From the IMG/VR virus record IMGVR_UViG_3300037067_007090, positions 23,831-87,830 of that record: a stretch of DNA of 64,000 nucleotides; one strand, given 5' to 3'. This document shows positions 10,592-20,616 of this stretch, in pieces. The DNA is from a virus. Taxonomy: Duplodnaviria > Caudoviricetes. Numbering within the stretch: the first letter of the stretch is position 1; each line of letters begins with the position of its first letter. The notes below the pieces were generated by a model. That model did no database searches, had not been told where the DNA came from, and saw only the letters and a list, made by a program, of their open reading frames with translations. Made by a program: the position numbers and the translations under genes.

Positions 10592-11461
10592 ATGAACCGC
10601 GTATTTTGGAACCCAATAGTAAAACCAACACCACTATATTTTGAATTGTTGCGAGAATTTAATTGCAAAAAATATAATGACAATCTTCCACTCGTAAGTA
10701 TTGTCATTCCTGCTTATAATTCTGGAAAATACATCGGAGAATGCCTACAATCCGTTATCAACCAAACTTACACAAACTGGGAATGTTTTATTGTTCTCGC
10801 ACCATGCACAGATAATACATTGGATGAAATATGGAAATGCATTAATGTAGATGATCCAAATCCAAAAATCCGTATTATACGGGAAGATAAAAAATCTAAT
10901 TGTGCGACCGCGCGCAATAAGGGGTTTAATGAATGTTCTGGTAAATATGTTACTTTCCTAGATGCTGATGATTGGTGGGAACCACAAAACTTGGAAAGAA
11001 TGGTTATGGCAATGGAAAACTATATCAATTCAGATTTGGATTGGTGTGTGCATTGCCAAAAAATGCATAAAGATAATAAGGAACAAATTATTATGGAGAT
11101 GCCCGGTACACACAACGAGATTGGGGGAATTGGAGGAATATTATTTAAAAAAGAAACATTAGATAAAATAAAATCTGAATATGGGTATGTGTTTGATGAA
11201 TCTTTAAAACACACTGATGATGGAGATTTGTCTTTGCGTTTGCGAAAATATAAAGGTAGATTATTCCCAGAAGTTTTATCTCACTATCGTTGGAACGAAA
11301 GCGGGTTGACTGCAACAACGGGCAATATTAATCAATCGTGGGGCATTGTAAAAATTCTTATTAAAAGGGGTGCGTGGGATTTGCTGCCGTATCATTTGAA
11401 GAATTTGGGAGTTTGTATCGTTGAAGAAGTAACGGGGTTTGATTTGGTGAGGAAGAGATGA
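10592..11461 (+). CDS. glycosyltransferase family 2
   Basis: VSIVIPAYN, TFLDADD, TDDGD; GGAGG RBS before ATG 10592. Confidence 0.85.
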   Translation: MNRVFWNPIVKPTPLYFELLREFNCKKYNDNLPLVSIVIPAYNSGKYIGECLQSVINQTYTNWECFIVLAPCTDNTLDEIWKCINVDDPNPKIRIIREDKKSNCATARNKGFNECSGKYVTFLDADDWWEPQNLERMVMAMENYINSDLDWCVHCQKMHKDNKEQIIMEMPGTHNEIGGIGGILFKKETLDKIKSEYGYVFDESLKHTDDGDLSLRLRKYKGRLFPEVLSHYRWNESGLTATTGNINQSWGIVKILIKRGAWDLLPYHLKNLGVCIVEEVTGFDLVRKR

Positions 11462-11610
11462 AAACGAACTACGATATATATTTCCAAGTTTACAACACAT
11501 CATCTAAAAAATGGGTGAAATATGATAGAACACAGGGGAGAGTCGTGGATATCAAAGACGATGGCGAACCGTATGAAAATATACAGATATATAATGAGGG
11601 GATAAAATGA
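11458..11610 (+). CDS. small hypothetical protein (50 aa, below the ORF-track cutoff)
   Basis: MKTNYDIYFQVYNTSSKKWVKYDR...; ATGA overlaps at both ends. Confidence 0.5.
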   Translation: MKTNYDIYFQVYNTSSKKWVKYDRTQGRVVDIKDDGEPYENIQIYNEGIK

Positions 11611-12407
11611 TCCTACCACCCTCCTACTTCGAGATCACAACCAAAATCGGTTGCTCAATCAACTGCCTAAAATATTGTCCACAGGAAACGATTATTAAAA
11701 ATTACAAAGGTAATCCTTTAATGACACTTGACCAGTTCAAAAACTTTATGAAAACGGTTCCACAAAATCTACCCATTTTCTTTTCTGGTCTATGCGAACC
11801 ATTCCTTAATCCACAGACAACAGATATGATTATGTGGGCACATCACAAAGGACACCCCATTTCTATATTTAGCACACTAACCGGATTGACACCAACTAAT
11901 GCTTGTAGGTTAATTGATATTCCCATCGACAAATTTGTCCTTCACCTCCCCGACGCTTATGGTAATGCCAAAATCCCACAAACACAAGATTACTTTGAAG
12001 CACGCTCCATTATTGAAATGAATGTTAAGCATCTCGAATATATGAACATGGGGTGGGGGTTTATTTCCAATAAGTGCGAGGATATGGCGCGCGGTCGGGC
12101 CGAATTAAAAAAAGGGCGTAGACTTTGCAACTTCCTAGAATCACCTGCTTATCAACTCCTGCCCAATGGCAACGTGTTCTTTTGTTGTATGGTGCGCGGG
12201 TTGACGGAGAAGGTTGGGTCGTTGTATGAGAATACATATCTAGAGTTGGCAGCGCGACATGGAAAGATCTCTGATAGATTGCAGAAAGACCAAAATTCTA
12301 TTTGTCATTATTGTAATGTGTCGGAGAAATATTGGTTGAGGAGAGCGATACAAAAGAAGAATGAGTTGTTGAAGGGTAAGACGATTATGCAGGTGTTGGG
12401 GGTTTGA
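11607..12407 (+). CDS. radical SAM protein with C-terminal SPASM/twitch-like Cys domain
   Basis: GCSINCLKYCPQ, FSGLCEPFLNP, PNGNVFFCCM, CHYC. Confidence 0.8.
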   Translation: MILPPSYFEITTKIGCSINCLKYCPQETIIKNYKGNPLMTLDQFKNFMKTVPQNLPIFFSGLCEPFLNPQTTDMIMWAHHKGHPISIFSTLTGLTPTNACRLIDIPIDKFVLHLPDAYGNAKIPQTQDYFEARSIIEMNVKHLEYMNMGWGFISNKCEDMARGRAELKKGRRLCNFLESPAYQLLPNGNVFFCCMVRGLTEKVGSLYENTYLELAARHGKISDRLQKDQNSICHYCNVSEKYWLRRAIQKKNELLKGKTIMQVLGV

Positions 12408-12414
12408 AAACAAT

Positions 12415-12630
12415 TTATTTTTCTATTTTAGAGTGAAGCAATTTTAATCCTTCTTGATAAGTTGGGCATTCTTCGCATGAAATATAACGTGGCAATGTAG
12501 ATTTTCCTTTCCCTCTACATAAACATCTACGTTGATTTTTCTTAACATCTTTGGAGAAAAATGAATGTGTTTCTACGGCCATTCCAAGATATTTGCATTC
12601 CATTTCAACACAAAAATGAAGCGGAATCAT
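12415..12630 (-). CDS. small Cys-rich protein
   Basis: 71-aa ORF with six Cys at the end of the leftward operon. Confidence 0.55.
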   Translation of the reverse strand: MIPLHFCVEMECKYLGMAVETHSFFSKDVKKNQRRCLCRGKGKSTLPRYISCEECPTYQEGLKLLHSKIEK

Positions 12631-13041
12631 TTAAGGCTCCACCCACATTCCCTTTTCAAACCATCCTTGCCCAGACAAGAAATTATTAATTTCTAAAAGC
12701 CTCTTGTCGATTTTCTCTTTTTGCTTCTCCAATTTTATTTTTTCCTGCTGCATATTACCAATATACAGATCATCGCCATTCTCCGAAAGATAATCACGGA
12801 ATGCGATTTCTTCTGCGCGCGATGTTGAAAAAGATCTTTTCAAACTCGCATCTATTTCTGGTAAAAGATCCATAGCATCGGTATAATAAATCTCATAATC
12901 TGTATTGAGATTCATATAACTTTTTTGCTTCCCATCGGGTGTCACAACAGCGATATGGGTTGAAACCGATTCCTGTGAAGGATCACAGAAATTGAAGTGG
13001 CCACGACGACTCGTTACTTGGATGTAGTTGTGGAGTTTCAT
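12631..13041 (-). CDS. hypothetical protein
   Basis: start placed at MKLHNY with GGAGA RBS. Confidence 0.6.
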   Translation of the reverse strand: MKLHNYIQVTSRRGHFNFCDPSQESVSTHIAVVTPDGKQKSYMNLNTDYEIYYTDAMDLLPEIDASLKRSFSTSRAEEIAFRDYLSENGDDLYIGNMQQEKIKLEKQKEKIDKRLLEINNFLSGQGWFEKGMWVEP

Positions 13042-13280
13042 AATGTCTCCCTCACAATAAAAGACTGACAACCAACCGCGCGAAGTAGTTGCAAATCGAT
13101 AACGCGCATAGGCATTACGTGGACCCATGCTGATGGGCAATAACACCCATATTTTGCGTTTCCATCTTCGTTCTCTAACATATCGGGAGTCAATCGACCC
13201 AATGGTGGATGATCCCCTCCAAAATTATCAGTAACGATTTCATGGAAAAACCAACAGTTGGGGCAGTAGTGTTGCATTTC

Positions 13281-13466
13281 TCACTCACTCCATGAATGAT
13301 CAATTATCTGCGATACTTTGATATCAACTTCTTCGACTTCCAAATCTTTAACCCCATAATATGGTTTTTGTTTAATCATCTCAATAGCCGTTTCCTTCGT
13401 CTTTGCAAGCACAACTCCGCAACCTTGATCATATGAAATGTCGTATGCGTATTTGAATAGTTTCAT
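13281..13466 (-). CDS. small hypothetical protein
   Basis: MKLFKYAYD start overlaps the upstream TGA. Confidence 0.55.
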   Translation of the reverse strand: MKLFKYAYDISYDQGCGVVLAKTKETAIEMIKQKPYYGVKDLEVEEVDIKVSQIIDHSWSE

Positions 13467-13660
13467 AGCAACCCCTTTAATTTCAAATGGGCATACTGTT
13501 CCAAATTCAATGATTCGCTCCATTCATATCCACATTCGTTGCAACCAAAATTTACTTTAACCATCGATCTTCCTGTCTTTGCGATATATTCTTCATCTCC
13601 ACATACGATGACTAGATCGTAACCACATGCTGGGCAAATGTCACGTTTCTTTGTGCTCAT
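13463..13660 (-). CDS. small zinc-ribbon protein
   Basis: CPACG...CNECG. Confidence 0.6.
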   Translation of the reverse strand: MSTKKRDICPACGYDLVIVCGDEEYIAKTGRSMVKVNFGCNECGYEWSESLNLEQYAHLKLKGLL

Positions 13661-13663
13661 TTC

Positions 13664-13864
13664 TCACACATCCACATGATCCCCGAAATAACCCAACGGC
13701 AAATTAGTTATTTCACACGGTGTTGGAACTGCTTTGCCTGAAAGCAATTCATCAATGCGCTTCAACTTGTCTTCATAAAACACGACGCGCAACTTGTGCT
13801 TTTGAAGATGATTTAAATACATTCGCTTTCGTGTTTGTAGTGTAATAATTTCGTGGTCTTTCAT
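13664..13864 (-). CDS. hypothetical protein
   Basis: 66-aa ORF in operon. Confidence 0.55.
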   Translation of the reverse strand: MKDHEIITLQTRKRMYLNHLQKHKLRVVFYEDKLKRIDELLSGKAVPTPCEITNLPLGYFGDHVDV

Positions 13865-14220
13865 TCTGCGTCATCTCTCATAGACTCAATGGTTGATTTT
13901 AAGCATGAGACATCAACGGTGAAATATTGGCAGGTATCACAATTATATTCCCCGTTTCTAGTTCCGGGACAACCACCCTCCCCACTGATTCTATCATCAA
14001 GATATGCACACTCTAACAAACAAGCATCAATTTTATCAAGTAAATTATTCTTTACTTTCTTGATTTCATCTGATATCGGATTGATACGAATTGTTCCTGC
14101 AAGACCACGCGCGTTTTTATATTTTTCTTCGGTGTGGTTATCGTCGTCTTCTACATAGTCTCCAAACTTTTCAATTTGAACATTTGTGATTACATATTGC
14201 CCTTCCGTGTTCATTTTCAC
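13861..14220 (-). CDS. hypothetical protein
   Basis: 119-aa ORF in operon with a Cys cluster. Confidence 0.6.
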   Translation of the reverse strand: MKMNTEGQYVITNVQIEKFGDYVEDDDNHTEEKYKNARGLAGTIRINPISDEIKKVKNNLLDKIDACLLECAYLDDRISGEGGCPGTRNGEYNCDTCQYFTVDVSCLKSTIESMRDDAE

Positions 14221-14320
14221 AACTCCAAACTTTCTATAACATACTACGCGTTTAAAATATTTATACCTAACGGTCTGAATATTTATAATTATAAAAAAAG
14301 AAATTTAAAAAATATTTATT

Positions 14321-14551
14321 TTAAGCCTTGCCCGCGTTCTTCATCGGAGCCCGCTCAATGCGACCGCTCTTACCGAGGAAATACAAGTAACCGGGTTCCT
14401 TCTTAACCGCTTCCTTGCTTACCGTCTTCCTAGAACCGGTCTTGTTTGACTTCGCGGGAACACGATCAACGTTTCCATCCTTTGTAATACAATAAAGGTA
14501 TCCTTTCTCACGCGTAATAACTTCTTTACCAACAATTTCACTATTAGTCAT
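14321..14551 (-). CDS. small basic protein with internal duplication (candidate DNA-binding/chromatin protein)
   Basis: two copies of KExxx(R/K)ExGYLYxxxKxGxxxRxP; GGAG RBS and own TATA. Confidence 0.75.
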   Translation of the reverse strand: MTNSEIVGKEVITREKGYLYCITKDGNVDRVPAKSNKTGSRKTVSKEAVKKEPGYLYFLGKSGRIERAPMKNAGKA

Positions 14552-14733
14552 ATTTTAAAATTCTCCTAAAAACGTCTAATCGTTTCATCGATTGACACTA
14601 CAATGTATGCACTTCTAGTTTATATACTTTTCGTCTACTTACGATGAAAATGTAAAAAAGATGAAAGATATTTTAAAAACGCGCGAGGGGAAAGGTTTAT
14701 TATGTTTTGAGACTAATACGTATATTGATAATC

Positions 14734-15324
14734 ATGACCAAAAAAGAAAAACAACCACGCGACGGAATGGGAAAGTTTGTAAAACAAACACCTATGATCG
14801 CATTACACAGCAAAGATGGATCGACTGCTTATTTCTCTTCCGTGGAGGAGATGGAGAAGTTTACAAAAACGAGCAATCTTAAATTTAAAGAACGAATAGA
14901 TAATAACAAACCAATCGCGCTTTATGGTGAGAATGGAAATGTCGCATACTTCACAAAGGAAGAACTTGCTGGTTTTAAAAACCCGGATTGTGAACCGGCG
15001 ACAAAAGGTTTCGTTAAATGTTTGATGAGGAAAACACGCAATCATACACACATTATAAGATGGGAGGGAACACCAATATCATTATCATTGCTTGGTGGAT
15101 GTATCGCCAGTATTATTCTTGGGGCCGGTTGCCTTTCGGTTAATGAAACTGCACGAAACATCGGGAATCAATATTTTGTCCCGGTTTTTCTATTTACAAT
15201 TGTAGTCACTTGTATATTTTGCGAATTTATGAATTTCGAAGTTGAAGAAATTAAAGAGTGTGTTCCACCCGAACTTCAAAAATACACCCCACCCACGTGC
15301 GAGAAGAAGGATGAGTGTGATTAA
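14734..15324 (+). CDS. membrane protein with duplicated N-terminal motif
   Basis: P(M/I)ALxxxxGxxAYF repeated twice; two TM segments. Confidence 0.65.
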   Translation: MTKKEKQPRDGMGKFVKQTPMIALHSKDGSTAYFSSVEEMEKFTKTSNLKFKERIDNNKPIALYGENGNVAYFTKEELAGFKNPDCEPATKGFVKCLMRKTRNHTHIIRWEGTPISLSLLGGCIASIILGAGCLSVNETARNIGNQYFVPVFLFTIVVTCIFCEFMNFEVEEIKECVPPELQKYTPPTCEKKDECD

Positions 15325-15326
15325 TT

Positions 15327-15617
15327 TTAAAACTTTTTTAAAATCTCTTTTACTAACACCCATTCAAATTCCACAATTGGAGAAATAACTACTGCTGCTA
15401 TCAAAGATGATGCAACACTAATAACAGGTGAAACATTTTCCACAATCACTTTATTAAAAAATCCAATCGTGGTTAAAGTTGTCGGGTCTTGGATGTATTG
15501 AAAAATAATGGAGATACTAACAAAAATTATAGAAATACATATCCACTTCAATTTATAAAAATCTAATATCCGCATTTTTCGTGGTTCGGGTGGGTCTATA
15601 AAAATGTGGTCTTTCAT
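15327..15617 (-). CDS. membrane protein
   Basis: two hydrophobic segments. Confidence 0.55.
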   Translation of the reverse strand: MKDHIFIDPPEPRKMRILDFYKLKWICISIIFVSISIIFQYIQDPTTLTTIGFFNKVIVENVSPVISVASSLIAAVVISPIVEFEWVLVKEILKKF

Positions 15618-15618
15618 T

Positions 15619-15843
15619 TTAAAACTTATTCTTTTTTCCACATTCCGGACAAACAAATCCAACAACTGCGTCGGGCGCGCTCACTTTAAATCCACAATAT
15701 TCTTCGTATCCTTGTTTTTCATATATAACATCTTCGTCATCCAGTGCATCAAAATTGACAAGCACGTGGCAATGTTCACACTCGTCGTAAATGTCTTTAT
15801 AATCTTCGTAATCGGAATCTTCGGGATAGATTATTTTCTTCAT
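15619..15843 (-). CDS. small acidic zinc-ribbon protein
   Basis: CEHC...CPECG; GGAGG RBS. Confidence 0.6.
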   Translation of the reverse strand: MKKIIYPEDSDYEDYKDIYDECEHCHVLVNFDALDDEDVIYEKQGYEEYCGFKVSAPDAVVGFVCPECGKKNKF

Positions 15844-15868
15844 TAAATACCTCCACTGGGTATTATAT

Positions 15869-16228
15869 TCATTTATTTCTCTCCTCCAAAAACTTTAATA
15901 CTTTAATAGACGCCTCTGTAGCCCCGTGACACACTAAGCAAGTATAACCAACTCTCTGAAGGTATGTCATTATCTTTTTCTGTGCCTCGGAAACAACCCC
16001 ACCTTTTTCCCTTTTAAGCTCAATGTATAACGCCCACGATGGCACAAACAAATCTGGTATGCCTGCCACGACGCCCATCTTCTTTAAGCGCACAGCGGTT
16101 TTTATAGAACGTTTTTCTCCATTCGGACAATGATAAATTAAAACGCCGGGGAACTTCTGGTGAAACCAAATCAAGAAGCCGTATTGGTGCGATGCCTCGG
16201 TAGCTTGTTTTGTTGTTTTACTTTTCAT
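15869..16228 (-). CDS. VRR-NUC domain nuclease
   Basis: EASHQ...HCPNG...MGVVAGIPDL...YIELKREKGGVVSEAQ. Confidence 0.9.
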   Translation of the reverse strand: MKSKTTKQATEASHQYGFLIWFHQKFPGVLIYHCPNGEKRSIKTAVRLKKMGVVAGIPDLFVPSWALYIELKREKGGVVSEAQKKIMTYLQRVGYTCLVCHGATEASIKVLKFLEERNK

Positions 16229-16431
16229 CTTCTTGTAAACCTCCTTCGTTTACTTCGCGCCGGGTAGTGAGTGTGTGGAATATAATTGCAAATATTTTCT
16301 ACAATAGACGACCCAATATCAGTTACAACTAACGAGACTATTAAAGAACAAACCCATTCTGGGCATGTATAATTTAAAACAAACCATACAGAAATCCAAA
16401 ATAAAATAACAAACGCAACATTTATAATCAA
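16225..16431 (-). CDS. small membrane protein
   Basis: hydrophobic N-terminus, basic tail. Confidence 0.5.
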   Translation of the reverse strand: MIINVAFVILFWISVWFVLNYTCPEWVCSLIVSLVVTDIGSSIVENICNYIPHTHYPARSKRRRFTRR

Positions 16432-16519
16432 ATTGGTTTGCGCAACAACAATTACTAAATAAATTACAAAACATGGAATTAAAATAGAAAGAGCAGTCTT
16501 TAAAATTTCTGAAATGATG

Positions 16520-16804
16520 TTAAATATTTTTATATTTCTTCCCCCACATCCCTTTTATATTACCAGCATTTTTATTCACGCTAGATCGTTTACAAATACT
16601 ATAATACTTTCCCGTTACAGGATTATAAACCTTTTGTTCGGACTTCGCATATAAAATTTTATAAATATCTTTAACCGCGCCGTCAATTATCCTGCATTCA
16701 CGCTCTGCTTTATTGATGGGCAAATTTATTTGAATCTTTAAAAGGTTCATAACTATTTCGTCGTGTTGTTCTTGTGTGTATTCATAGTATGGTGTTGTTG
16801 TCAT
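16520..16804 (-). CDS. hypothetical protein
   Basis: 94-aa ORF in operon. Confidence 0.55.
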   Translation of the reverse strand: MTTTPYYEYTQEQHDEIVMNLLKIQINLPINKAERECRIIDGAVKDIYKILYAKSEQKVYNPVTGKYYSICKRSSVNKNAGNIKGMWGKKYKNI

Positions 16805-16805
16805 T

Positions 16806-17261
16806 TCATTCTACCCCACAATAAATATCATAATAACTCTCACTCGGATAAATATAATAACTACATCTATTATTGTCTATTAATATATTATACTTTGCAC
16901 TACTTATCATAGGGAAATCAACTTCGGAATTGTTATCGGTGTAACTATACATTTCTTGTGTATTTCGAAAACACTCATTACTCATTTTTATAGAAACATT
17001 TATTCCTTTTTGTTCGTGTCGAATATGAAATTTTACATAATGTGGAATATATGTAAAATCCTCATGTGTATAATTTTGATATGCGAAATTGTAATTTTTA
17101 TCCACCCCCAAATAATTATATAAAAAATTACAGTAATTACTATAAACAATATCATTTGTTTTAAATGACATATCTTGCTCGTGTGTAAAATATAAAACAA
17201 GACCAAACAATGTGCAGCCAATTAGCATACACATTATAATAAAAATAAATGTGTGTTTCAT
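16806..17261 (-). CDS. membrane-anchored hypothetical protein
   Basis: N-terminal hydrophobic anchor. Confidence 0.6.
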   Translation of the reverse strand: MKHTFIFIIMCMLIGCTLFGLVLYFTHEQDMSFKTNDIVYSNYCNFLYNYLGVDKNYNFAYQNYTHEDFTYIPHYVKFHIRHEQKGINVSIKMSNECFRNTQEMYSYTDNNSEVDFPMISSAKYNILIDNNRCSYYIYPSESYYDIYCGVE

Positions 17262-17365
17262 ACCTCACACCACCCCACAAACCTTTCTCGGAATCCACCA
17301 TATCAATAATGCCACTACTGCCCATAATACAAAAATTGATGCGCCATTTAATGTTTCTCTTATTG

Positions 17366-17644
17366 TCATGGTTTCCTCTTCGGTATATTAAAATAATAAT
17401 GCCCGCCGCGTTCCGTCTTTTGCCAATACAATATCCAAAACACTTTATTCTTTTCGAGAGCACTAATTATTTCTTCGTTGCCACTCCATCCACCGGTGTG
17501 CAATTCAAGTTCACGCGTGTTCTTGTCGTATTTGAAATAACCAATATCTGCATATGCCCACATGCTTTTTATCATACAAATAAGATCGCATGGTTCTGGG
17601 TTTTTAATGCAGTCGTAGGTTTCGATGTAGTTTAGGTTTGTCAT
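17366..17644 (-). CDS. conserved phage hypothetical protein
   Basis: ELELHTGGWSGNEEIISAL...W...ERGGHYYF pattern recalled from phage proteins. Confidence 0.65.
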   Translation of the reverse strand: MTNLNYIETYDCIKNPEPCDLICMIKSMWAYADIGYFKYDKNTRELELHTGGWSGNEEIISALEKNKVFWILYWQKTERGGHYYFNIPKRKP

Positions 17645-17910
17645 GTTTCCTCCTTCAATCTCTTAATTAACCAATTAGAAAATCGAACATATCCCATATA
17701 TAACAATGCAATAATAGATATAACGAGCATTGTTATCCCAAAAAATAAAATCGGCGCTGCCGCTAATGATGGCGTATTATTTGGTAGAAGGTGTAATACG
17801 ATAAGCGAAAATACAAAACACTCAATCCCAGATATAAAAAATTCAAACACAACCGGATCGCAAGTTTGCATCTTTCCCCTATCTCTTGCTTCTTGTATTG
17901 GTGTTGGCAT
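17641..17910 (-). CDS. membrane protein
   Basis: two TM segments. Confidence 0.55.
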   Translation of the reverse strand: MPTPIQEARDRGKMQTCDPVVFEFFISGIECFVFSLIVLHLLPNNTPSLAAAPILFFGITMLVISIIALLYMGYVRFSNWLIKRLKEET

Positions 17911-17912
17911 TT

Positions 17913-19550
17913 TTACCCCTCCAACTTCTGCTGCGTCGATTGCCCCTTTGCAAAGACGAAGCCGGTCACTCTAGTAAATTTACCATCGGGTCGGACTTCG
18001 ATCTTTTCAACTTTCCGCCAATTGGGATATTCTTTTAATGCTTCCTCCACCGATTTTGATTTTCCTCCAAGTTGTTGAACCAATGCACGCGCTTTTTCAG
18101 CGGCGTAGTTCCGGTGATCAAGGCAGATCCAAATCGGATAGGCACGATCCATTCTATCAATAAATTCCACTTTCACCGACGGTATTTTTCCCGGTTTGGA
18201 GTGTTTGGAAACGTAGGTGTCAACTACATCTATAATGTAGGGTTTTATTTGATCACTCATTACCGGGCCAGAATACGCGGTAGCACCGTGCCTTGCTTCG
18301 GTGTCTTCATCTTTCGGATAAACAAACCCACACCCCGGACAAACAGATAACCGCGCGTGGTGAATGCAGTGGCAACGCTCGCACTCACGCATAGGCGGTT
18401 TTGCTGGTGGTTTCCCAAATATATCTTTTCCATGTATCTTTACTGGATCTATAGAATCAATCGGGCCATGTTCAATACAATTATTTCCAAAATCGAGCAA
18501 AATAGCGTTTGCCTTGTTTGTCGTCGGGGAAGGTCTCATAGAACGGCCCACCATCTGGATGTAGCGCCCCGTTGATTTTGTACTTGTTAAAAGCGCCACA
18601 AGATCAATAGCCGGAACGTCCAATCCTTTTGTGTAGATTCCGACGTTAATCAAACATCTCAATTTACCATTTCTATATTTTTCCACAATTTTATTTCTTT
18701 CTTCAGACGGTGTATCTCCGGTTACAATCTCGCAATCAATTTTATGCTTTTTTAATTCTTCGGCAACGTGCTCTGAATGTTTTATACCAGAAGTAAATAT
18801 CAACCAGCACTTTCTATCCTTACCATATTCCACGATTTCATTAACAGCCTTTTCAACCAATATCTTCGAATCTGCTGCATAGGCAAGATCTTTAGAATTA
18901 TAATCTCCCGCTTGAACGCGCACTCCCTTTAAATCAATTTTCGCCAATCCGCCTTTGCTAATTACATTTACCAAATATCCTTCTTTAATCAATCTCTTCA
19001 TATCACAGACATACACAATATCTTCAAATAAAGCATCGTCTCCTTCGTTTAACATTCCGTCGGAAAGCCTAAATGGTGTTGCGGTTAGACCAACGACCAC
19101 AAAATGCGGTGATGATACCCGAAGTTGTGTAAAAAATTTCTGGAATCTTGTTGTGGATTTGGGTGAAACTAAATGAGCTTCGTCAATTATGACAACATCC
19201 ACACGACCGAAATCATATGCTTTATTATACATACTCTGAATGCCACAGCAAATCACGGTTGGCTTAACACTTTTCTCACGTAACCCCGCACTGTAAATTC
19301 CAATGTTGCATTCTGGGTAGTGGTTTTTTATAGATTTGTAATCCTGCGAAATTAATTCTCTGGTGTCGGTAATAACCAATATTTTAATGTCGGAACTATC
19401 CAAACATAATCGTTTAATCATCTCTGCCAAAATAATGCTTTTCCCAGAACCCGTTGGGGAGACGATCAGAGCGTTTCTACCGTTTCCACTTTCCCAGTAG
19501 TTCCAGACTGCTTGGACAGCCTCGTTTTGATAATCCCGAAGAATTGCCAT
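17913..19550 (-). CDS. SF2 DEAD/DEAH helicase (RadD/YejH-like) with C-terminal zinc finger
   Basis: LRDYQ, SPTGSGKS, IIDEAH, LTATP, KGLDVP, YIQMVGRSMR, CERC...CPGCG. Confidence 0.92.
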   Translation of the reverse strand: MAILRDYQNEAVQAVWNYWESGNGRNALIVSPTGSGKSIILAEMIKRLCLDSSDIKILVITDTRELISQDYKSIKNHYPECNIGIYSAGLREKSVKPTVICCGIQSMYNKAYDFGRVDVVIIDEAHLVSPKSTTRFQKFFTQLRVSSPHFVVVGLTATPFRLSDGMLNEGDDALFEDIVYVCDMKRLIKEGYLVNVISKGGLAKIDLKGVRVQAGDYNSKDLAYAADSKILVEKAVNEIVEYGKDRKCWLIFTSGIKHSEHVAEELKKHKIDCEIVTGDTPSEERNKIVEKYRNGKLRCLINVGIYTKGLDVPAIDLVALLTSTKSTGRYIQMVGRSMRPSPTTNKANAILLDFGNNCIEHGPIDSIDPVKIHGKDIFGKPPAKPPMRECERCHCIHHARLSVCPGCGFVYPKDEDTEARHGATAYSGPVMSDQIKPYIIDVVDTYVSKHSKPGKIPSVKVEFIDRMDRAYPIWICLDHRNYAAEKARALVQQLGGKSKSVEEALKEYPNWRKVEKIEVRPDGKFTRVTGFVFAKGQSTQQKLEG

Positions 19551-19551
19551 T

Positions 19552-20433
19552 TTACCACCCCCACATATCATGATATGCTTTATGAGAATTCTTCAACATG
19601 GTGATTCCATTATTTATATCCCATAATTCTTCGCATGATTCTGCTTCTTCCAAAGTCGTTATATTATATTTTTCTATTATTGTATGGAAAGGTATTATAT
19701 GGTGTGCTTGAATAGGGTTTTTGCGTGTTCCTTTGCATCCGCTGAACCAATCTCGGTAATTATCTCTGGCAAATATAGAAAGAATCCATTTTCTCATTTT
19801 TGTGCAATGTCTAATTTGATTATTTAATGATGTGACACCATCCTTCCATTGATATGCATTTTCACCACGTCTTATATATCTTAAATTTAAACATTTATCC
19901 TCTGACCATTTTTTCCCGATTCGAAATTTGCGACTGCATTCATCAGAACAAAATTTCCCCCTTTCGTGATCAACTTTGTATTGTGTGGTTTCAAATTCTT
20001 TCCCACATTGCTGACAAACACGATTTATACGTTTTCTTCTGGCAATCGATTTACATCCAACCGAGCAATATTTCCCACCACCCCTAACAATATAAGATGT
20101 CCACACTTCAAATTCTTTTCCGAATGTCAAGCATTTACATTTTATTTTACTTCTATTTCCGATATATGCACACTCACGAGAACAATATTGCGGGTGTTGA
20201 TATGGATATTTTACTTCGAATACAATTCCACATTGTTTACAAATACGCAAAACATCACGGATTTTTGATTCCGTTGGATGTAATATTTTATTTCTTTCCC
20301 TCCCATATTCACTTTGGCAATCTTTACACCACATTTGCAATCCATCTTTTCTACTTTTTTCTCTCCTAAACTTCGTTAACGGCAATCCCCTCTTACACCG
20401 ACTACAAACCTTTGTTTTAATTTCTTCTTCCAT
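19552..20433 (-). CDS. HNH endonuclease with multiple zinc-finger repeats (homing-endonuclease-like)
   Basis: repeated CxxCG..F and YCSxxC units; C-terminal ARDNY...AHHIIP...NGIT...H. Confidence 0.8.
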   Translation of the reverse strand: MEEEIKTKVCSRCKRGLPLTKFRREKSRKDGLQMWCKDCQSEYGRERNKILHPTESKIRDVLRICKQCGIVFEVKYPYQHPQYCSRECAYIGNRSKIKCKCLTFGKEFEVWTSYIVRGGGKYCSVGCKSIARRKRINRVCQQCGKEFETTQYKVDHERGKFCSDECSRKFRIGKKWSEDKCLNLRYIRRGENAYQWKDGVTSLNNQIRHCTKMRKWILSIFARDNYRDWFSGCKGTRKNPIQAHHIIPFHTIIEKYNITTLEEAESCEELWDINNGITMLKNSHKAYHDMWGW

Positions 20434-20608
20434 TTAACGACCCAACCCAATCAAAATCAACCTTCCAACAAGTTGCCGTGACATGATATTGAAGTCTTGA
20501 CTTCGGACAATAAAAAACAGATTCGCCGCGCATTAATCTATCAACAGCATCACATCGCGCAACGGAATTCTCTTCTTTTAAACATTCACATTTTTTGTAT
20601 TTAGTCAT
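20417..20608 (-). CDS. small Cys-rich protein
   Basis: 63-aa ORF in operon. Confidence 0.5.
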   Translation of the reverse strand: MTKYKKCECLKEENSVARCDAVDRLMRGESVFYCPKSRLQYHVTATCWKVDFDWVGSLNGRRN

Positions 20609-20616
20609 TATAAGTA

